DNA from: Minutocellus sp. GHC0000111
Taxonomy: Eukaryota
Direction of reading: 5' to 3'
Assembly (NCBI GenBank): GCA_977018835.1
Contig: OZ361256.1
Span: 7,006,001-7,070,000, forward strand
Length of the DNA stretch: 64,000 nt
Of this stretch, positions 1-11,945 are shown one piece after another. The translations under genes and the position numbers were made by a program. A model generated the notes under the pieces. The model was given only the letters and a program-made list of their open reading frames with translations. It had not been told where the DNA came from and made no database searches. Positions within the stretch are counted from its first letter, which is position 1; every line of letters starts with the position of its first letter.

Positions 1-1756
1 GAATCCCAGAAGCTACAAATCCCACAGGCATTCCTACAGCTGTTTTGTTACAATGTATGGCCGTCTGCTGAAGCACCTCAAGATCTTCCATCGGCGCAAT
101 AACTGCGTGACAATGAGTTTTATCATCGGCGTCAATTTCACTTAGCATGGCATCGAATACACGTGTTCTGCTCTGACAATTTGGGCAATTAAAGCCGGCC
201 TTTCCATCACCTCCGAGTTCTATTGGATCTACGACGAATCGATCTTCAATTCCCATAACTTCCATGACAAATGACACTGTTTTCCTTTCTCCACAGAAAC
301 GATAACCGGCATTTATGGCATCGTCAATACTGTTTACCTGACTTACATGGGCTTGTGAAGCAAGCATTGCTGCTAAATTGCCAATATACACTGAAACAAT
401 CGTGAGGATGAAAAACATCACGCCAACCAAGGTTATACGCCCGCCGACGGAGACCACATCATGAGTGTATGATTGCTGTAAGACAGAGATGTAACGAACG
501 TAAAGTGCTCTAGGCACATATCTCCAGAAAGGCTTGTAATGAACTGGCGAGGTGTTTGATGATCTTCTTCTTTCATCATTTCTTCGTTCCTCACGTGGGT
601 ATTCGGAACCTGACCTCCCATACTCGTTCAATAATACCAGCAACGATAGGGCTGGTACGACAAGGAAGATGAGGAATAGCCAAGTAGAGGTGTGAAATGG
701 CTGGAAGATCACATTTACCTGATGAACGAATTCTGACCATGAATTTTCGGCACTGGTATCGTCTTGAATAGTTATGAGAAAGAGAGGGTCACTTCCCAGG
801 AGGAACCAGTGTGAGGATAGTGCACGCTCATCTGTTACCGAGTACTGAGCTATGCACAGATCAAGATAGCCAAGGGCTGTAGCATACGCGCAGAGATCAA
901 ACTTTGAATTAGAGTTGAAAAACTCGATTGACTTGTTGACAAGAAAATCTGGGGGCTCTTGTATTTGGATCTGGAATTCGCCAAGACGACTGGACTGGTG
1001 AATGTAGTCGACAACGGGCCCAGACCATCGAGATGCAGGGCCAGAAAAATGGCTCCTATCGACAGAATATGCTCCCATCCACCCTCCCGTGTTTGAATTG
1101 TAGCCTGCTCGGATCGTTTTGCCCTTAAAAGAAGATAGACGATAGCTTTTCGTGTAGGAGTCCATGTCGTTGCATGTGGCATAGGAGTAATACCTATTCG
1201 AGTTCGGTAGTTCGACGGACCTTCTCAAAAGCAACGAGCAAGAGGCTGGGTCGACGTAGCACCACCGTCTAGAACACCACGACGTGTCGCAATCAGCTGG
1301 CATGGGATAAAATGACGAGCACGGCGTTTCCTTTGCTTCTTCGCTGGATTGGCATCGAGACGTTTCAACATCATGAGCAAAGCATCCTATCCCATGTCGA
1401 TCGAAATCAATTGTAGCATCTGATGCGAGGTTGGAAGACAGATCGGCATCATCTACGGGATCGATTGCTCCAAGACAGGGACATGATGATGCTCCTGCCA
1501 TGTCGTCGCTCAGGGCCACATTGGACATTGTGCCGGTTGGACCACTACCGGTAGGGCCCGCGGCAATTGTTTGGGGCGCTGCAGCAGAAGCATCAAACGC
1601 TTGCTGCATGTGATGAAGAAGGTCCTCCGGGTCGGTCTCTTGGTCGCTTCCATCGACTAAAGACATGGCTGTTTGATTGATGAAACGTTTACGCCGACGC
1701 TTCGACGTCGTTTGGGACTCATCTGGTAGGGCATTCATACTAGGAATTCCTACCAT
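1..1756 (-). CDS. Ionotropic glutamate receptor-like ligand-gated channel (3' end runs off the window)
   Basis: Hand translation of the minus strand is open from ATG 1756 to base 1. It contains S1-like DLCIAQYSVTDER, pre-M1/M1 IFQPFHTSTWLFLIFLVVP, M3 GGRITLVGVMFFILTIVSVYIGNLAAML (cf. SYTANLAAF) and a Cys-rich N-terminal module (WCSRRWCYVDPASC). The start codon is uncertain. Confidence 0.85.
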   Translation of the reverse strand, partial: MVGIPSMNALPDESQTTSKRRRKRFINQTAMSLVDGSDQETDPEDLLHHMQQAFDASAAAPQTIAAGPTGSGPTGTMSNVALSDDMAGASSCPCLGAIDPVDDADLSSNLASDATIDFDRHGIGCFAHDVETSRCQSSEEAKETPCSSFYPMPADCDTSWCSRRWCYVDPASCSLLLRRSVELPNSNRYYSYATCNDMDSYTKSYRLSSFKGKTIRAGYNSNTGGWMGAYSVDRSHFSGPASRWSGPVVDYIHQSSRLGEFQIQIQEPPDFLVNKSIEFFNSNSKFDLCAYATALGYLDLCIAQYSVTDERALSSHWFLLGSDPLFLITIQDDTSAENSWSEFVHQVNVIFQPFHTSTWLFLIFLVVPALSLLVLLNEYGRSGSEYPREERRNDERRRSSNTSPVHYKPFWRYVPRALYVRYISVLQQSYTHDVVSVGGRITLVGVMFFILTIVSVYIGNLAAMLASQAHVSQVNSIDDAINAGYRFCGERKTVSFVMEVMGIEDRFVVDPIELGGDGKAGFNCPNCQSRTRVFDAMLSEIDADDKTHCHAVIAPMEDLEVLQQTAIHCNKTAVGMPVGFVASGI

Positions 1757-2108
1757 TGAATTACATTTCCCAATCGCAAGCAAGGAACTCGCCACACTCG
1801 GGATTGCCGCGATTGCGGCTTCGGTTTTTCGGTTTTGTACAAACTTCGCCGAGCAGCGAACCCTTCCAAAAGGTTCGCACTACCCTGCTGCCCGCGGTCG
1901 CCGTCGGTCGGTCGCCGGTCGGTTGGTGCACCGTACATGTAGATACATTAGATCGCAGTATAATACCGGTATTCAACTATCAGATTTGCTACATATATAT
2001 TTCATTTGTGTTTGCTGAGCAAGCACGCGTGTGTGAACAGCATCACTGCGCTCAAAAGCAAACAGATTTATCTTCTTCCCCCTCCAGCTGCAGCACACAA
2101 CAAACCAA

Positions 2109-4317
2109 TCAATACTTGTTGTGGCCGTATGAGCGGTGTTTGGATCTAGCATCTAGGACAGTTCGAATGCCAAGTGCGACGATCACAAAGAATACTGTCA
2201 GGACGTAAACGGACTTGAACGATGATGAAGCGTCCGAATAATCATCTCCGTTGATGTTGGATGGCGGTTCCTCACCACCACCCCCATTCCGGGGATTTTT
2301 GGCCTTCTGCTGAGACGAGAACCAGGCATCAAACTCCAGCGCTGCACCGCCAACAATATTGACCCGGTAGCCATCCAGGTCACCATTCCGCTCCATCTCA
2401 CGGATCTTCATCCGCGCTGCCATGAGCCAAGCCAGACCATACTTGGAGAAGGGAGGTTGGCTGACACGTACGTTGTCATCCGATCCTTGGAGGTCATGAA
2501 ATCTCTCATGGCCGTGAAGTAGTGGAGAAGCTCCAGGTTGCAGTGATGATGCTGCTTCTCGCGACAGATTCGGGCACCGAGGTAGAGGGGATAGGGGACC
2601 TGATTGTTGCGGAGGATCGGAATGCCATTGTAGACGGTCCGAGCCAGGGGTTTGGAGTCGCGACGACCGCCTTCACTTCCTTCTCCGTGGTCTGCCATAT
2701 CGGCAACAGGTGAGGGCCCGTAAAGTTCATCCATCACCTCCGACAGGTGTTCGGCCATGTGACCGTCCTCGATGCGCTGAGGGATGCTGTCCAGGTTGAC
2801 CGCGGCGAGGCCGGCGATGGTTTCCATCTCCTCCTCGACCTCCTCCTCCCGAGTTTCGTTCTCCAGATCGACCAGCGCGAATTCTGCCATCACCTTGTGC
2901 ATCAGACGGAATCCAGGATCGGTATCGATAGACTTTTGGTCGTCGCTGTGATCGAACACAATCTTGTACGGGCTGATGATGCCGTATCCAAATCGGTTCG
3001 CGAGATGGTGGTAGGCATCGAGTGATGGCGACGTGGAAGGGAGGAGATCGTCGAGGGAGGCACCCACGAGGGATGGTGTGCCGGATCCGGACTGGCCATT
3101 GGCCGAACGAAGGTCCACTCGGAACAGAGGTAGGCCCGTGAACTGGGCTCCACCTGTCTCGGTAGTTTCTCGTGAACGAACGACTCGATGGTCCGGACGA
3201 CGTGACGGCTGTAGGCATCGATTCCGTCGTGGGATTGTGCATCCTCCCCGGGAATGGCAAACTTGATGTCCATCAGGACAGTGTATCCGTCGGGAGTTGC
3301 ATATTGCGACCCGGCAATGTGCGGCAGACCATCGGCAAGGACGGAATAGTACGACGTAACCTCAACCATTTGGGCAGGACCATCATCCTCTTCGTCAGGA
3401 GTACCAGTGATGGGGAACTTCTCCACCAGATGCTGTCTCAGTTCCTTGTCGAAATCGTCCATTCTACTGTCGCGATGGATGAGGGTGTTCCTGGCATTTC
3501 CTTCTCCAGTCTCATCGTCGACAATGTCTTCAACGAGATCCAACACAACAAAGATGGAACCAGGATTCATGGGATCGTCGATACCAATGTAGGGCAGGTC
3601 CGTGTCATCGTCACCGGTTGTGAGGTACGCCTGCCGGTACAGATCTATGGCATCGGCCGACGGAGTTCCCTCGACAGGATCTGGTCGGAACGTAAAGGTT
3701 GATTCTTGAGGAGACGAAACGCCCGCATTGCTCTTACTACTAGTGAGAGCACCACCACCACCATTGCTACTAGTACCCCCACCTGCCTTCGAAAGGAACC
3801 ACACACCGGCTCCAATGAGGCACACTGCGGCCAGTCCAGCGCTGTTCCGATGGGATCCTCCCGGCGTCCCGCTTTTCCGCCCACGCTTTCTGCCTCCAAC
3901 CCCGGCCTTGGTTTGGACCAGTATGTTCTCCTCGTCGCTGGCATTGGTCCTGATAACGCGCTTGGCCAACGGAGATTGGAAGGCCGGAGAGGACAGCAGC
4001 GACGTGCGGATCCTTCGGAAGACAGTTCCGTTCTGATGATGAGCGTTGTTGCTCAAGCCAGAGTGATGAGGGAGGACGTACTCCCTGGGCGAGCCGTGCG
4101 AAGAAGAGGAGGGAGAGATGACGGCGGCCCCAGGAGGTGAGGTTGGAGAGGATGCAAAGAAGTATCCGCCTGCTGTACCATTCTTATCGGAAGATGCCGT
4201 TTGACCATGCCCAATATCCGAGGCAGAGTCATTGGAATATGTGCTGGTCGGTGTTTCGATCGGTCGAAGGCCCGGTGGGACCTCCTCCCCTGCCACGCCA
4301 GCAACGTCAGGCAGCAT
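2109..4317 (-). CDS. MMPL/RND-related membrane protein, split by two apparent frameshifts (~3150, ~2452)
   Basis: Three overlapping ORFs join into one protein with MMPL-like segments: VEVTSYYS, FTGLPLFRVDLRS, DLLPSTSPSLDAYHHLANRFGYG, PFSKYGLAWLMAAR and GGAALEFDA. Only one N-terminal and one C-terminal hydrophobic helix are visible. Confidence 0.6.
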
Positions 4318-5001
4318 GGCTGGCTATATAATGCAATGGGATTGGCCCAGAGGGCAGCCGTGGAGCAATATGGATAGCAAGCAGATAGCGGCCGCAGGGA
4401 AAAAACCGTTTTTCTCGCGAAGAAGACAAAAACCGGCAAGATGGCGCACCCTCTCCGTATACGTACCTAGGTAGGCCTACGTCAGTCAACCGCAGCAACA
4501 GTAGCAACAGGCCACACGAAAATCATCAGCCGGAGACACATTGCAACATACATGTACCGGTACATGTAGCAAGCGATTTGAGACAAACCAATGCTTCGAA
4601 GAAGCGAATTACAACACGCATGTCGACTCGTTTTGACAGTACCAGTATATATGGACACAGCTAGCTAGAGGCTCAAGATCTACCGGTACATTGACATGCA
4701 TGGGGAGGATCGGCCTCTCTCCATCCATCATCATCTCACAGAAAAGATAGATCGGCCTCCAAGCAAGAAGGATAGATCTCGAGATCTAATCCTTTAACAT
4801 ATCTACGGCAGACTCTCTCATGTGTACATCTATTGTATGTAAACGGGTGTCGCTTCCTCGATTGTCCTGTACTAGCTCTTCCATTGCACTGCAGATCATA
4901 CTGTCCTGTACATGTATACATGTATATATGAGACAAAGAATCATTTTGAGACTGGTACATGTAGATGCTCTGATAGTGACGGATTCTCGGCTCGTCATTC
5001 G

Positions 5002-5218
5002 AGTCGAGAATATGGTTACTACGAGCAGTTTAGAGGATTTAGAAGTGGACCTGAACGGCACTATGAGTAATTATTTGCGGCTGGCTTTGCTTATCCTACT
5101 TTCTTCGCTTCTCATCTTCTGATTATGTCGATCCTATAAACGTCTAAGTAGAACATGTATGCCGTTCAGGTCCACTTCTAAATCCTCTAAACTGCTCGTA
5201 GTAACCATGTTCTCGACT
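5002..5218. mobile_element. MITE-like element / long inverted repeat
   Basis: 5002-5060 and 5160-5218 are 59-nt reverse complements with 1 mismatch, separated by a 99-nt non-coding spacer. No clear TSD. Confidence 0.65.
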
Positions 5219-5507
5219 TTACATGTGTACATGTAGATCTATCTAAACAAAAATCGAAAACATGCATCGCATACATGCATGCGGAGTTAGATCTAGGTCA
5301 TGTTGTTATTATGAATTATTACCGGCACTACCGGTAAGTATGAGGGTGTTATCAACCCACTATTATGAACGTACCGTACATTTTTGGCTACTAGTATGGA
5401 CTCCACCAAGTTCGGTGCAGTGCTATCTTTGGAGGCCGTATCGGTCGTCCCTCCTTTCTTCATGTAATCTCCTTTCCCTTTGGAACATGCACATTGACAT
5501 TGTCGAC

Positions 5508-6284
5508 CTACTTGCTCATGTGACGAAAGAGGCTTGACGCAACGCCATCAGGTGACACATCTCTAACCAGGATTGGCTCGAGCTCTATCTCCTCACGGTA
5601 GAAAGAAGTAGGAGGAGAACAACTTTCTTCAGGAACGATGGTTTGCGACATGACCGGAGAGGCATGTGTCATCGTAGGTTCCTTGATAATGGGTTCTTCC
5701 ACCACGACGGCATCTCGCCCATCATCCTCGAATGTGATTTTAATCTCAATCGTGCGAAGTGATCGAGTACTGAATTGAAGGCCGATGTCTGTTTCCTTGA
5801 CGACGGAAGTCTTGGTCTGAGAATTATAATTGGAATTGAAGCTGTTATCTCCCACTTGGTTGACCTGCAAGTCGTATGAGGAGGGGATCTGCGGTAGGAG
5901 GATGTCGAGGGAAAGCATGTAGTCATCGGTGACCTCATTCATGGCCCTTTTGATCTCCTCGGGAAGCGAAGCTGCACGAAAATTCAACAATCCTGTCGTT
6001 GCTTCTTCGTGAGCATCATCTTGCTGTTCGTCCTTCGCTTTTTCCTTGATCTTTGATTCTTCTTCTCCCCCCTCAACTTGACGACGATGAATGATCTCGG
6101 AGCTCGTGATGCCCTGGGTATCACGAGGATAAGCACACGATGGTGTATGTAGAGAGTAGTTATGATCCGAAAAGCGTGATACATACGTTTTATTCGCATC
6201 CGTCACCACGGGAAGGAAAAAGGATATGGTGATGAATGCAAAAAACACCCCGACGTTTCGCGACCGCTTGATTTGGAGGTACAT
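5508..6284 (-). CDS. Hypothetical protein
   Basis: 258-aa ORF with an N-terminal hydrophobic stretch and acidic composition. No recognisable motif. Confidence 0.35.
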   Translation of the reverse strand: MYLQIKRSRNVGVFFAFITISFFLPVVTDANKTYVSRFSDHNYSLHTPSCAYPRDTQGITSSEIIHRRQVEGGEEESKIKEKAKDEQQDDAHEEATTGLLNFRAASLPEEIKRAMNEVTDDYMLSLDILLPQIPSSYDLQVNQVGDNSFNSNYNSQTKTSVVKETDIGLQFSTRSLRTIEIKITFEDDGRDAVVVEEPIIKEPTMTHASPVMSQTIVPEESCSPPTSFYREEIELEPILVRDVSPDGVASSLFRHMSK

Positions 6285-6734
6285 GATGGCGAGATCGATC
6301 TGATTGCATGGAAAGATATTTGGCGTAAGTGCTTATGATGGAGGGTAGGAGAGGATATTATTGAAGGACAACTGCTTCAGTGACCAGTTGATTGTTGATG
6401 CCTCAAACTTGACCAGGCGCCATTTCGAGCAAACCATCCGAACCCTTCACCAAACTATTTGGATGTCGGAAGCCTTTTGATAGGCACAGTTTGTAAAACT
6501 GCTATCAAGATTGGACTTAAAATAGTAAGTCAAAATTACATATTGAAATGAAAATCCTAAATCTATGTTTTCTCTCATGTGTTGATCACGAACCTGCCAT
6601 CCTCGCTCATGTTCAGCACGTTGGCAAATTGGTAAGAAGCTGCATCCCACATCCGATCATGCCGATCATCCGATCCCATCCACCGTCCGTCCCACGCCAC
6701 GCCACCACCGACAGCAGGCAGTTACGTGTAGAGT

Positions 6735-6766
6735 AGCAGCAGCAGCAGCAGCAGAAGCAGAAGCAG
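6735..6766. repeat. (CAG)n microsatellite
   Basis: AGC repeated about 6 times, followed by AGAAGC units. Confidence 0.8.
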
Positions 6767-6900
6767 CCCTGCACTCCTGCACTGCGCTGGTTGACTTGCC
6801 TCTTGCCCTGCCTCCCCACTCAACCCTCAACTCCTCATGCTACGCAGCTACCTACTAGAAGAATAGTAGTACCAGAGAGGCACCGCCTTCCCCGAGAACG

Positions 6901-9900
6901 ATGCTTTCTGCTGCTATCATCCGCACCCGTTTACGGCAAAGGCCGGCACCCGTGTGTCTCGATTGCATTGAAATCACTTCGAATGCCATTCGGCGCAGGC
7001 AGCTCACACTACTGATCGAGTCTGCACCCGCAACTCGTATCGGACGACGCCCCCTTTCGTCGTCGTCGTCGTCGGTAACCTCACCTTTGACTTCGCCGAA
7101 ACACACTAAAGATAATGTGATACCCGAGAAGTTCACACCTGATCCGCAAATGACGCTGCAACAGGTCCATGAGGCTCGGCAGGCCCACGAACGGCGTCTT
7201 ACACAGATCAAAGCGGAGGAGCGGGCCCGGTTGCACGAGAAAATGCAGGCCCAGCAAATAGAGGAAGCGAGGCGGCGTAGAGCCGAACGGGCAGTGGCTG
7301 CAAGCCGGATGAACGTGGCGAAATATGCCGTCCCGTATCTTCTCAGCACACGGAGTGATTTGTTTGCGGCGGTAATGGCAGAGTTGAATTTTTCATCATC
7401 TGCCGATGCCGATGGCCATCTTGTCGATCCTACGTCTTCCAAAGACGATGGAAGTCCAGCAGCACAATACAAGGGTATCTACGTTGACTCCATTCCAACT
7501 TTTGTGCAGCAATTGCTCGATGCTCCCGAAACGTTGTCCATTCCGCTGAGCGCTGAGAATAGGGACACAGACGGATCCCCCGATACTTGCCCTGCAAATA
7601 TTTTGCTGGACAGACTGGGCGATGCAGGGTTTGCTGACCCCCAATTTACCAAGCATCACAGACAAAATCGAAAGACAAAATCCGACTACGCCCGATACCT
7701 TCAAAGAGTAAAAAGCAAGATTGTAGATTTTGAGAGCCGAAAGCGGAAGCTAAAGCTGTTTGAGAATAATTTCAGATCTGTGGAGAAAGAGGTGGAAGAA
7801 GTTGAAGAGGAATTGAGAGAAGTTGTACGGAAGGAAAAAGAAGAATCTGCAAAGGCGATCTTGGAGCAAAAAGAGACCCCCAAAGAAGAGGAAGTGTCGG
7901 TTGAGATATCTCCTCTTCTTTCTGTCAAGAATGGTCTAACAAAATTGCTCGGTTTAGAGCCAGCATCGTCAGCAGTGGAAGACCCAAACGTTGATGGCGG
8001 TGCTAGCAATGAAGAAAGAGGACTCGAATCGTCCCCAATCGACGCAGACGGGAATGCGTTATCCCCAGCACGAATTCGTGTCCACCGTCGATTGCGTAAG
8101 CTTTATCGCCGCCTTGAAAAGCATGAAAAAAGCGTGAAGCAAGGCAAGCAAGCTGTCGAGGGAGCAGAGCGTCAGCTGGAGAAGCTCAGGAAAGAGCGAG
8201 AGAAATATCAGCCGGTATTGACTGATAAACAGTATCAAGCTGCCGCTACACTTGCCGGTGAAATTATGAAACAATTTTGTCCTGCATTTGCTCGCCATTT
8301 GCACGGCCGCCACGAGCAGCTAATTGAACGATATCGAATCCTCGACGCCCAGACCGACCTGACTAAACCGCAGGACTGGTACCCAAGGTCTCGTTTGGAT
8401 AGGCGAAAGATTATTTTTTGTCACGGGGGACCAACCAATAGCGGTAAGACCTATACGGCTCTGCAGCGTCTCAAACAAGCTGATAAAGGCCTTTATGTCG
8501 GGCCCTTGCGTCTCCTTGCTGCCGAAATTTATGAGCAATTAACATCAGAGGGTGTATACTGTAATCTATTTTCAGGGCAGGAAAAGAAAGAAATCCCATT
8601 CGCAACTCACTCTGCGGCGACCGTAGAACTCGCCCCGCTCGATCGAGATTTTGATGTGGTGGTTATAGATGAAATTCAGATGATATCGGATGAGTTTCGT
8701 GGTTGGGCATGGACTCGTGCACTTTTGGGGCTACGCTGTAAGGAGATACACGTTGCAGGAGGCCTCGAAGCGAGAGAACTGGTCGAAAGACTCGCGGCGG
8801 CGTGTGGAGATGAGTTTGAGCTCAACGAATATGATCGTTTCAGTGATCTCATCATTTCAGAAGAGAGCCTAGCAAAAGCTTCCAATGAAAAGGGATCCTA
8901 CAAAGCTGTGCAACCAGGAGATGCTATTGTAGCCTTCTCTCGTAACGATATATTTGCAATCAAACGGGAAATCGAGCGAACAACACCTTTCAAATGCTGC
9001 GTGATTTACGGATCCTTGCCACCACAGATCAGAACTCAGCAGGCACGCCAATTCAATGACCCTAACTCTGGATATGATATTTTGGTTGCATCTGATGCAA
9101 TTGGAATGGGGTTAAATCTTTCCATCCGTCGGATTATCTTCAATAGCATGTTCAAATCGAATGGCGAGAGGATTATCCAGTTAGACCATTCGAGTGTGAA
9201 GCAAATAAGTGGTCGAGCAGGTCGACGAAACTCACCATATCCCAACGGAGAAGTTACTGTGCGCGATCCTGCAGATTTGAAGCATTTGCGACAGTGCATG
9301 AGCACGGAAATTAGGCCCATAGCAAAGGCTGGGCTTTTACCAACTGCATCCCACTTTCAACTGTTTGCCGATTCTATGAAGAAATATGGGACAATGGACG
9401 ATGGTGAAACCTTTGATGAGAATGTGCTGCACAAGATTCTTTTGCAGTTTAACGATGGCAAGGCTTCGAGGCGATTACAGACTTTGTCGAATGACGCAAA
9501 TGCGCCTCATTGCACGATGGGTTGATGATCTTGAGCTGACTCTACCGGACAAGTACTCCTTTTGCATGGCGCCTGTGAATGAGACCGATGACAGATCAAT
9601 GAAGTTGCTCAAACAATTTGCTTCCAAGCTAGCATACAATGCAACCACGGGTGTAAATCGACGAGAATTCTTTGCCCGGCAGCCCGGATCACTCGAGGAA
9701 CTCTCCATTCTCTGTGCCCAATTTCACCGGCTGGAACTGTTCCTTTGGCTCTGTCAGAAGTTTCCGACTACGTCTAACATGATCGAAGAACAGCAGGCGA
9801 CTAAGCTCAAGGAGGAGTGCATTGATGTGATCCATGATGGACTTTCAAGGGCAAATCAATTGAGTCTGGACCATTGCTACCTCCGACGCGACAGAAACCT

Positions 9901-10021
9901 GAGGGCATCTTGGGCGAAGGAGAAGAAAGACGGCCGAGTGGACGATGAATTGCATGAATTCATTCATGAATTGGATGATTTCGATGACACACTGCAGCAG
10001 TATGAAGTAGATGATATCTAG
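6901..10021 (+). CDS. SUV3: Mitochondrial ATP-dependent RNA helicase SUV3, frameshift near 9455
   Basis: Motifs GPTNSGKT, GPLRLLA, VIDEIQ, IYGSLPP, ASDAIGMGLNL and QISGRAGR. The Suv3 C-terminal part (FCMAPVN, LELFLWLCQKFP) continues in the 9386-10021 frame. Confidence 0.92.
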
Positions 10022-10426
10022 ATCTAGATCTACATGTAGAAGATACCGGTAGTAGGTCTACTTACTTACTTTATATTCATGTAGATGTAGGTTCTAATTA
10101 CGGCGCCGTTAACCATCATACAATGTACATGCAGGACAGGTGTGTGTGTGTGTAATCTACAAGTACGACGCTCCGCTGGTGGGACTGCCTGACATGTCAA
10201 ACGTGCAACTGCTGCTGCCGCCTGGCCCGAGGCCGGCCGGCGGGCGCCTCTCCACAATAATGTCACGATGACGACAAAGAAAAACACCGCACGTACACTT
10301 ACGCACGCACGCACGCACGCCTGACTGTTTTGCTCTGCGAGTGAGTCAGCCCAGTACTAGCTAGTAGCAGTGAGATCGCTCCAGACCATGTGCTCGTCTC
10401 GAACGTAGATCGTAGCAGAAGAAGCG

Positions 10427-11689
10427 ATGAAGTTCCTCACCCTTTGTGTATCCGCCGTGCTTCTTGATGCCGCCATGGCATGGGCCCCGCTCTCCTCTTT
10501 GCCGAGGACGGCGACTCGGCCATCGTCGGCCCTTGCAATGGCCAGTGTAGCTGAGGAGGTGGACTACGCCAACGCCGAGCGTTACCTGAGCGACCATCCC
10601 AACAACAATGTCCCCCCTCACATCGCCGCCCTCGTCGGCCGCGGTCTCCACACCAAGCCCGACCATCCCATCGGCATCATCCGGGCCAAGATCCAGGAGT
10701 ACTTTGCCTCCCTCCCTGACGATTACAAAATCTTCGACGCCGAGGATCCCATCGTCACGACCAAGCAGTGTTTCGATGATCTTCGCATCGATCCCGACCA
10801 TCCCGGTCGCTCCCCCTCCGACACGTATTACATCTGCGACGAAACCCTCCTCCGAACGCACACCTCGGCCCATCAGAGCATGCACCTGCGGGACGGATAC
10901 GAGGCCTTCCTCTGCGCCGGAGACGTGTACCGACGTGATGAGATTGACTCCTCGCATTATCCCGCCTTCCATCAGCTGGAGGGTGTCAAGCTATTCGATC
11001 AGAAGGAAATGGATTCGGCCTCCCATCTCAAGGGAGAGGATTGGGTGAAGAGCCCAGAGTGCCAGGCCATTGCCGATGACCTGAAGAATGTCCTCGAGGG
11101 GCTGATGGACCATCTTTTCGGTGAGACCGAGAAGAAGTGGTCCGAGGACTACTTCCCCTTCACAGAGCCATCGTTCGAATTGGAGATCAAGTACCAAGGC
11201 GAATGGCTCGAAGTGCTTGGATGCGGTGTGATCCATGAGGAGGTTCTAAGTATGGCCGATCGATCAGAGCGTCGCGGTTGGGCCTTCGGACTTGGTCTTG
11301 AGCGGTTGGCCATGATCCTTTTCGAGATTCCCGACATTCGTCTCTTCTGGACCGATGACGAGCGATTCCACTCCCAGTTCAAGGAGGGTCAGATTACCAA
11401 GTTTGAGCCCTACTCGAAGTACCCTCCCGTCTTTAAGGACATTGCCTTCTGGCTTCCCGAGGATTATGTCGAGAACGATTTCTTTGAGATGGCCCGAGGC
11501 GTCGCTGGTGACCTTGTTGAGAAGATCGATCTCATTGACGAATTCACCAACCCCAAGACGAACCGTACTTCCAAAAGCTACCGCATCACTTACCGATCCA
11601 TGGATCGCAGTTTGACGAATGAGGAGATTGATGAGCTCCAGGACAACTTGAGGGACCAGTCTGCCGACATTGGTCTTGAGGTTCGCTAA
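10427..11689 (+). CDS. Organellar (monomeric) phenylalanine--tRNA ligase, plastid-type presequence
   Basis: Motifs LLRTHTSAHQ, DVYRRDEIDSSHYPAFHQLEG, FPFTEPSFE and GWAFGLGLERLAM, plus a C-terminal FDX-ACB domain. N-terminus is a signal peptide ending AAMA-WAP. Confidence 0.95.
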   Translation: MKFLTLCVSAVLLDAAMAWAPLSSLPRTATRPSSALAMASVAEEVDYANAERYLSDHPNNNVPPHIAALVGRGLHTKPDHPIGIIRAKIQEYFASLPDDYKIFDAEDPIVTTKQCFDDLRIDPDHPGRSPSDTYYICDETLLRTHTSAHQSMHLRDGYEAFLCAGDVYRRDEIDSSHYPAFHQLEGVKLFDQKEMDSASHLKGEDWVKSPECQAIADDLKNVLEGLMDHLFGETEKKWSEDYFPFTEPSFELEIKYQGEWLEVLGCGVIHEEVLSMADRSERRGWAFGLGLERLAMILFEIPDIRLFWTDDERFHSQFKEGQITKFEPYSKYPPVFKDIAFWLPEDYVENDFFEMARGVAGDLVEKIDLIDEFTNPKTNRTSKSYRITYRSMDRSLTNEEIDELQDNLRDQSADIGLEVR

Positions 11690-11945
11690 GTTTTGTCGGT
11701 GTAGCATGTATTTTCCAACTTAACTTGACTGACTTTCGTCTGAAGAGCAAAGTGTACATTTTATAATAAAACAAATAAGGCTGTTGTTGCATGCTATGGT
11801 TTACTTTTATTAATACGCTATCACGTGCGTCATGCCGAGAATTAATTTCTTTTCACGTAAGGCAGGCAATAAGACCACTCAGGCTATCTCCGCTGCGCGA
11901 TTAAAAACGATGGACATCTTACTTACTTCCATATTCTTAGGATCA

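Noticed and set aside
9440..9470. Programmed frameshifting in SUV3, the amine oxidase or the RRM gene
   Set aside because: No consistent slippery site. Positions differ between duplicate copies and some lie in homopolymers, so sequencing error or mutation is more likely.
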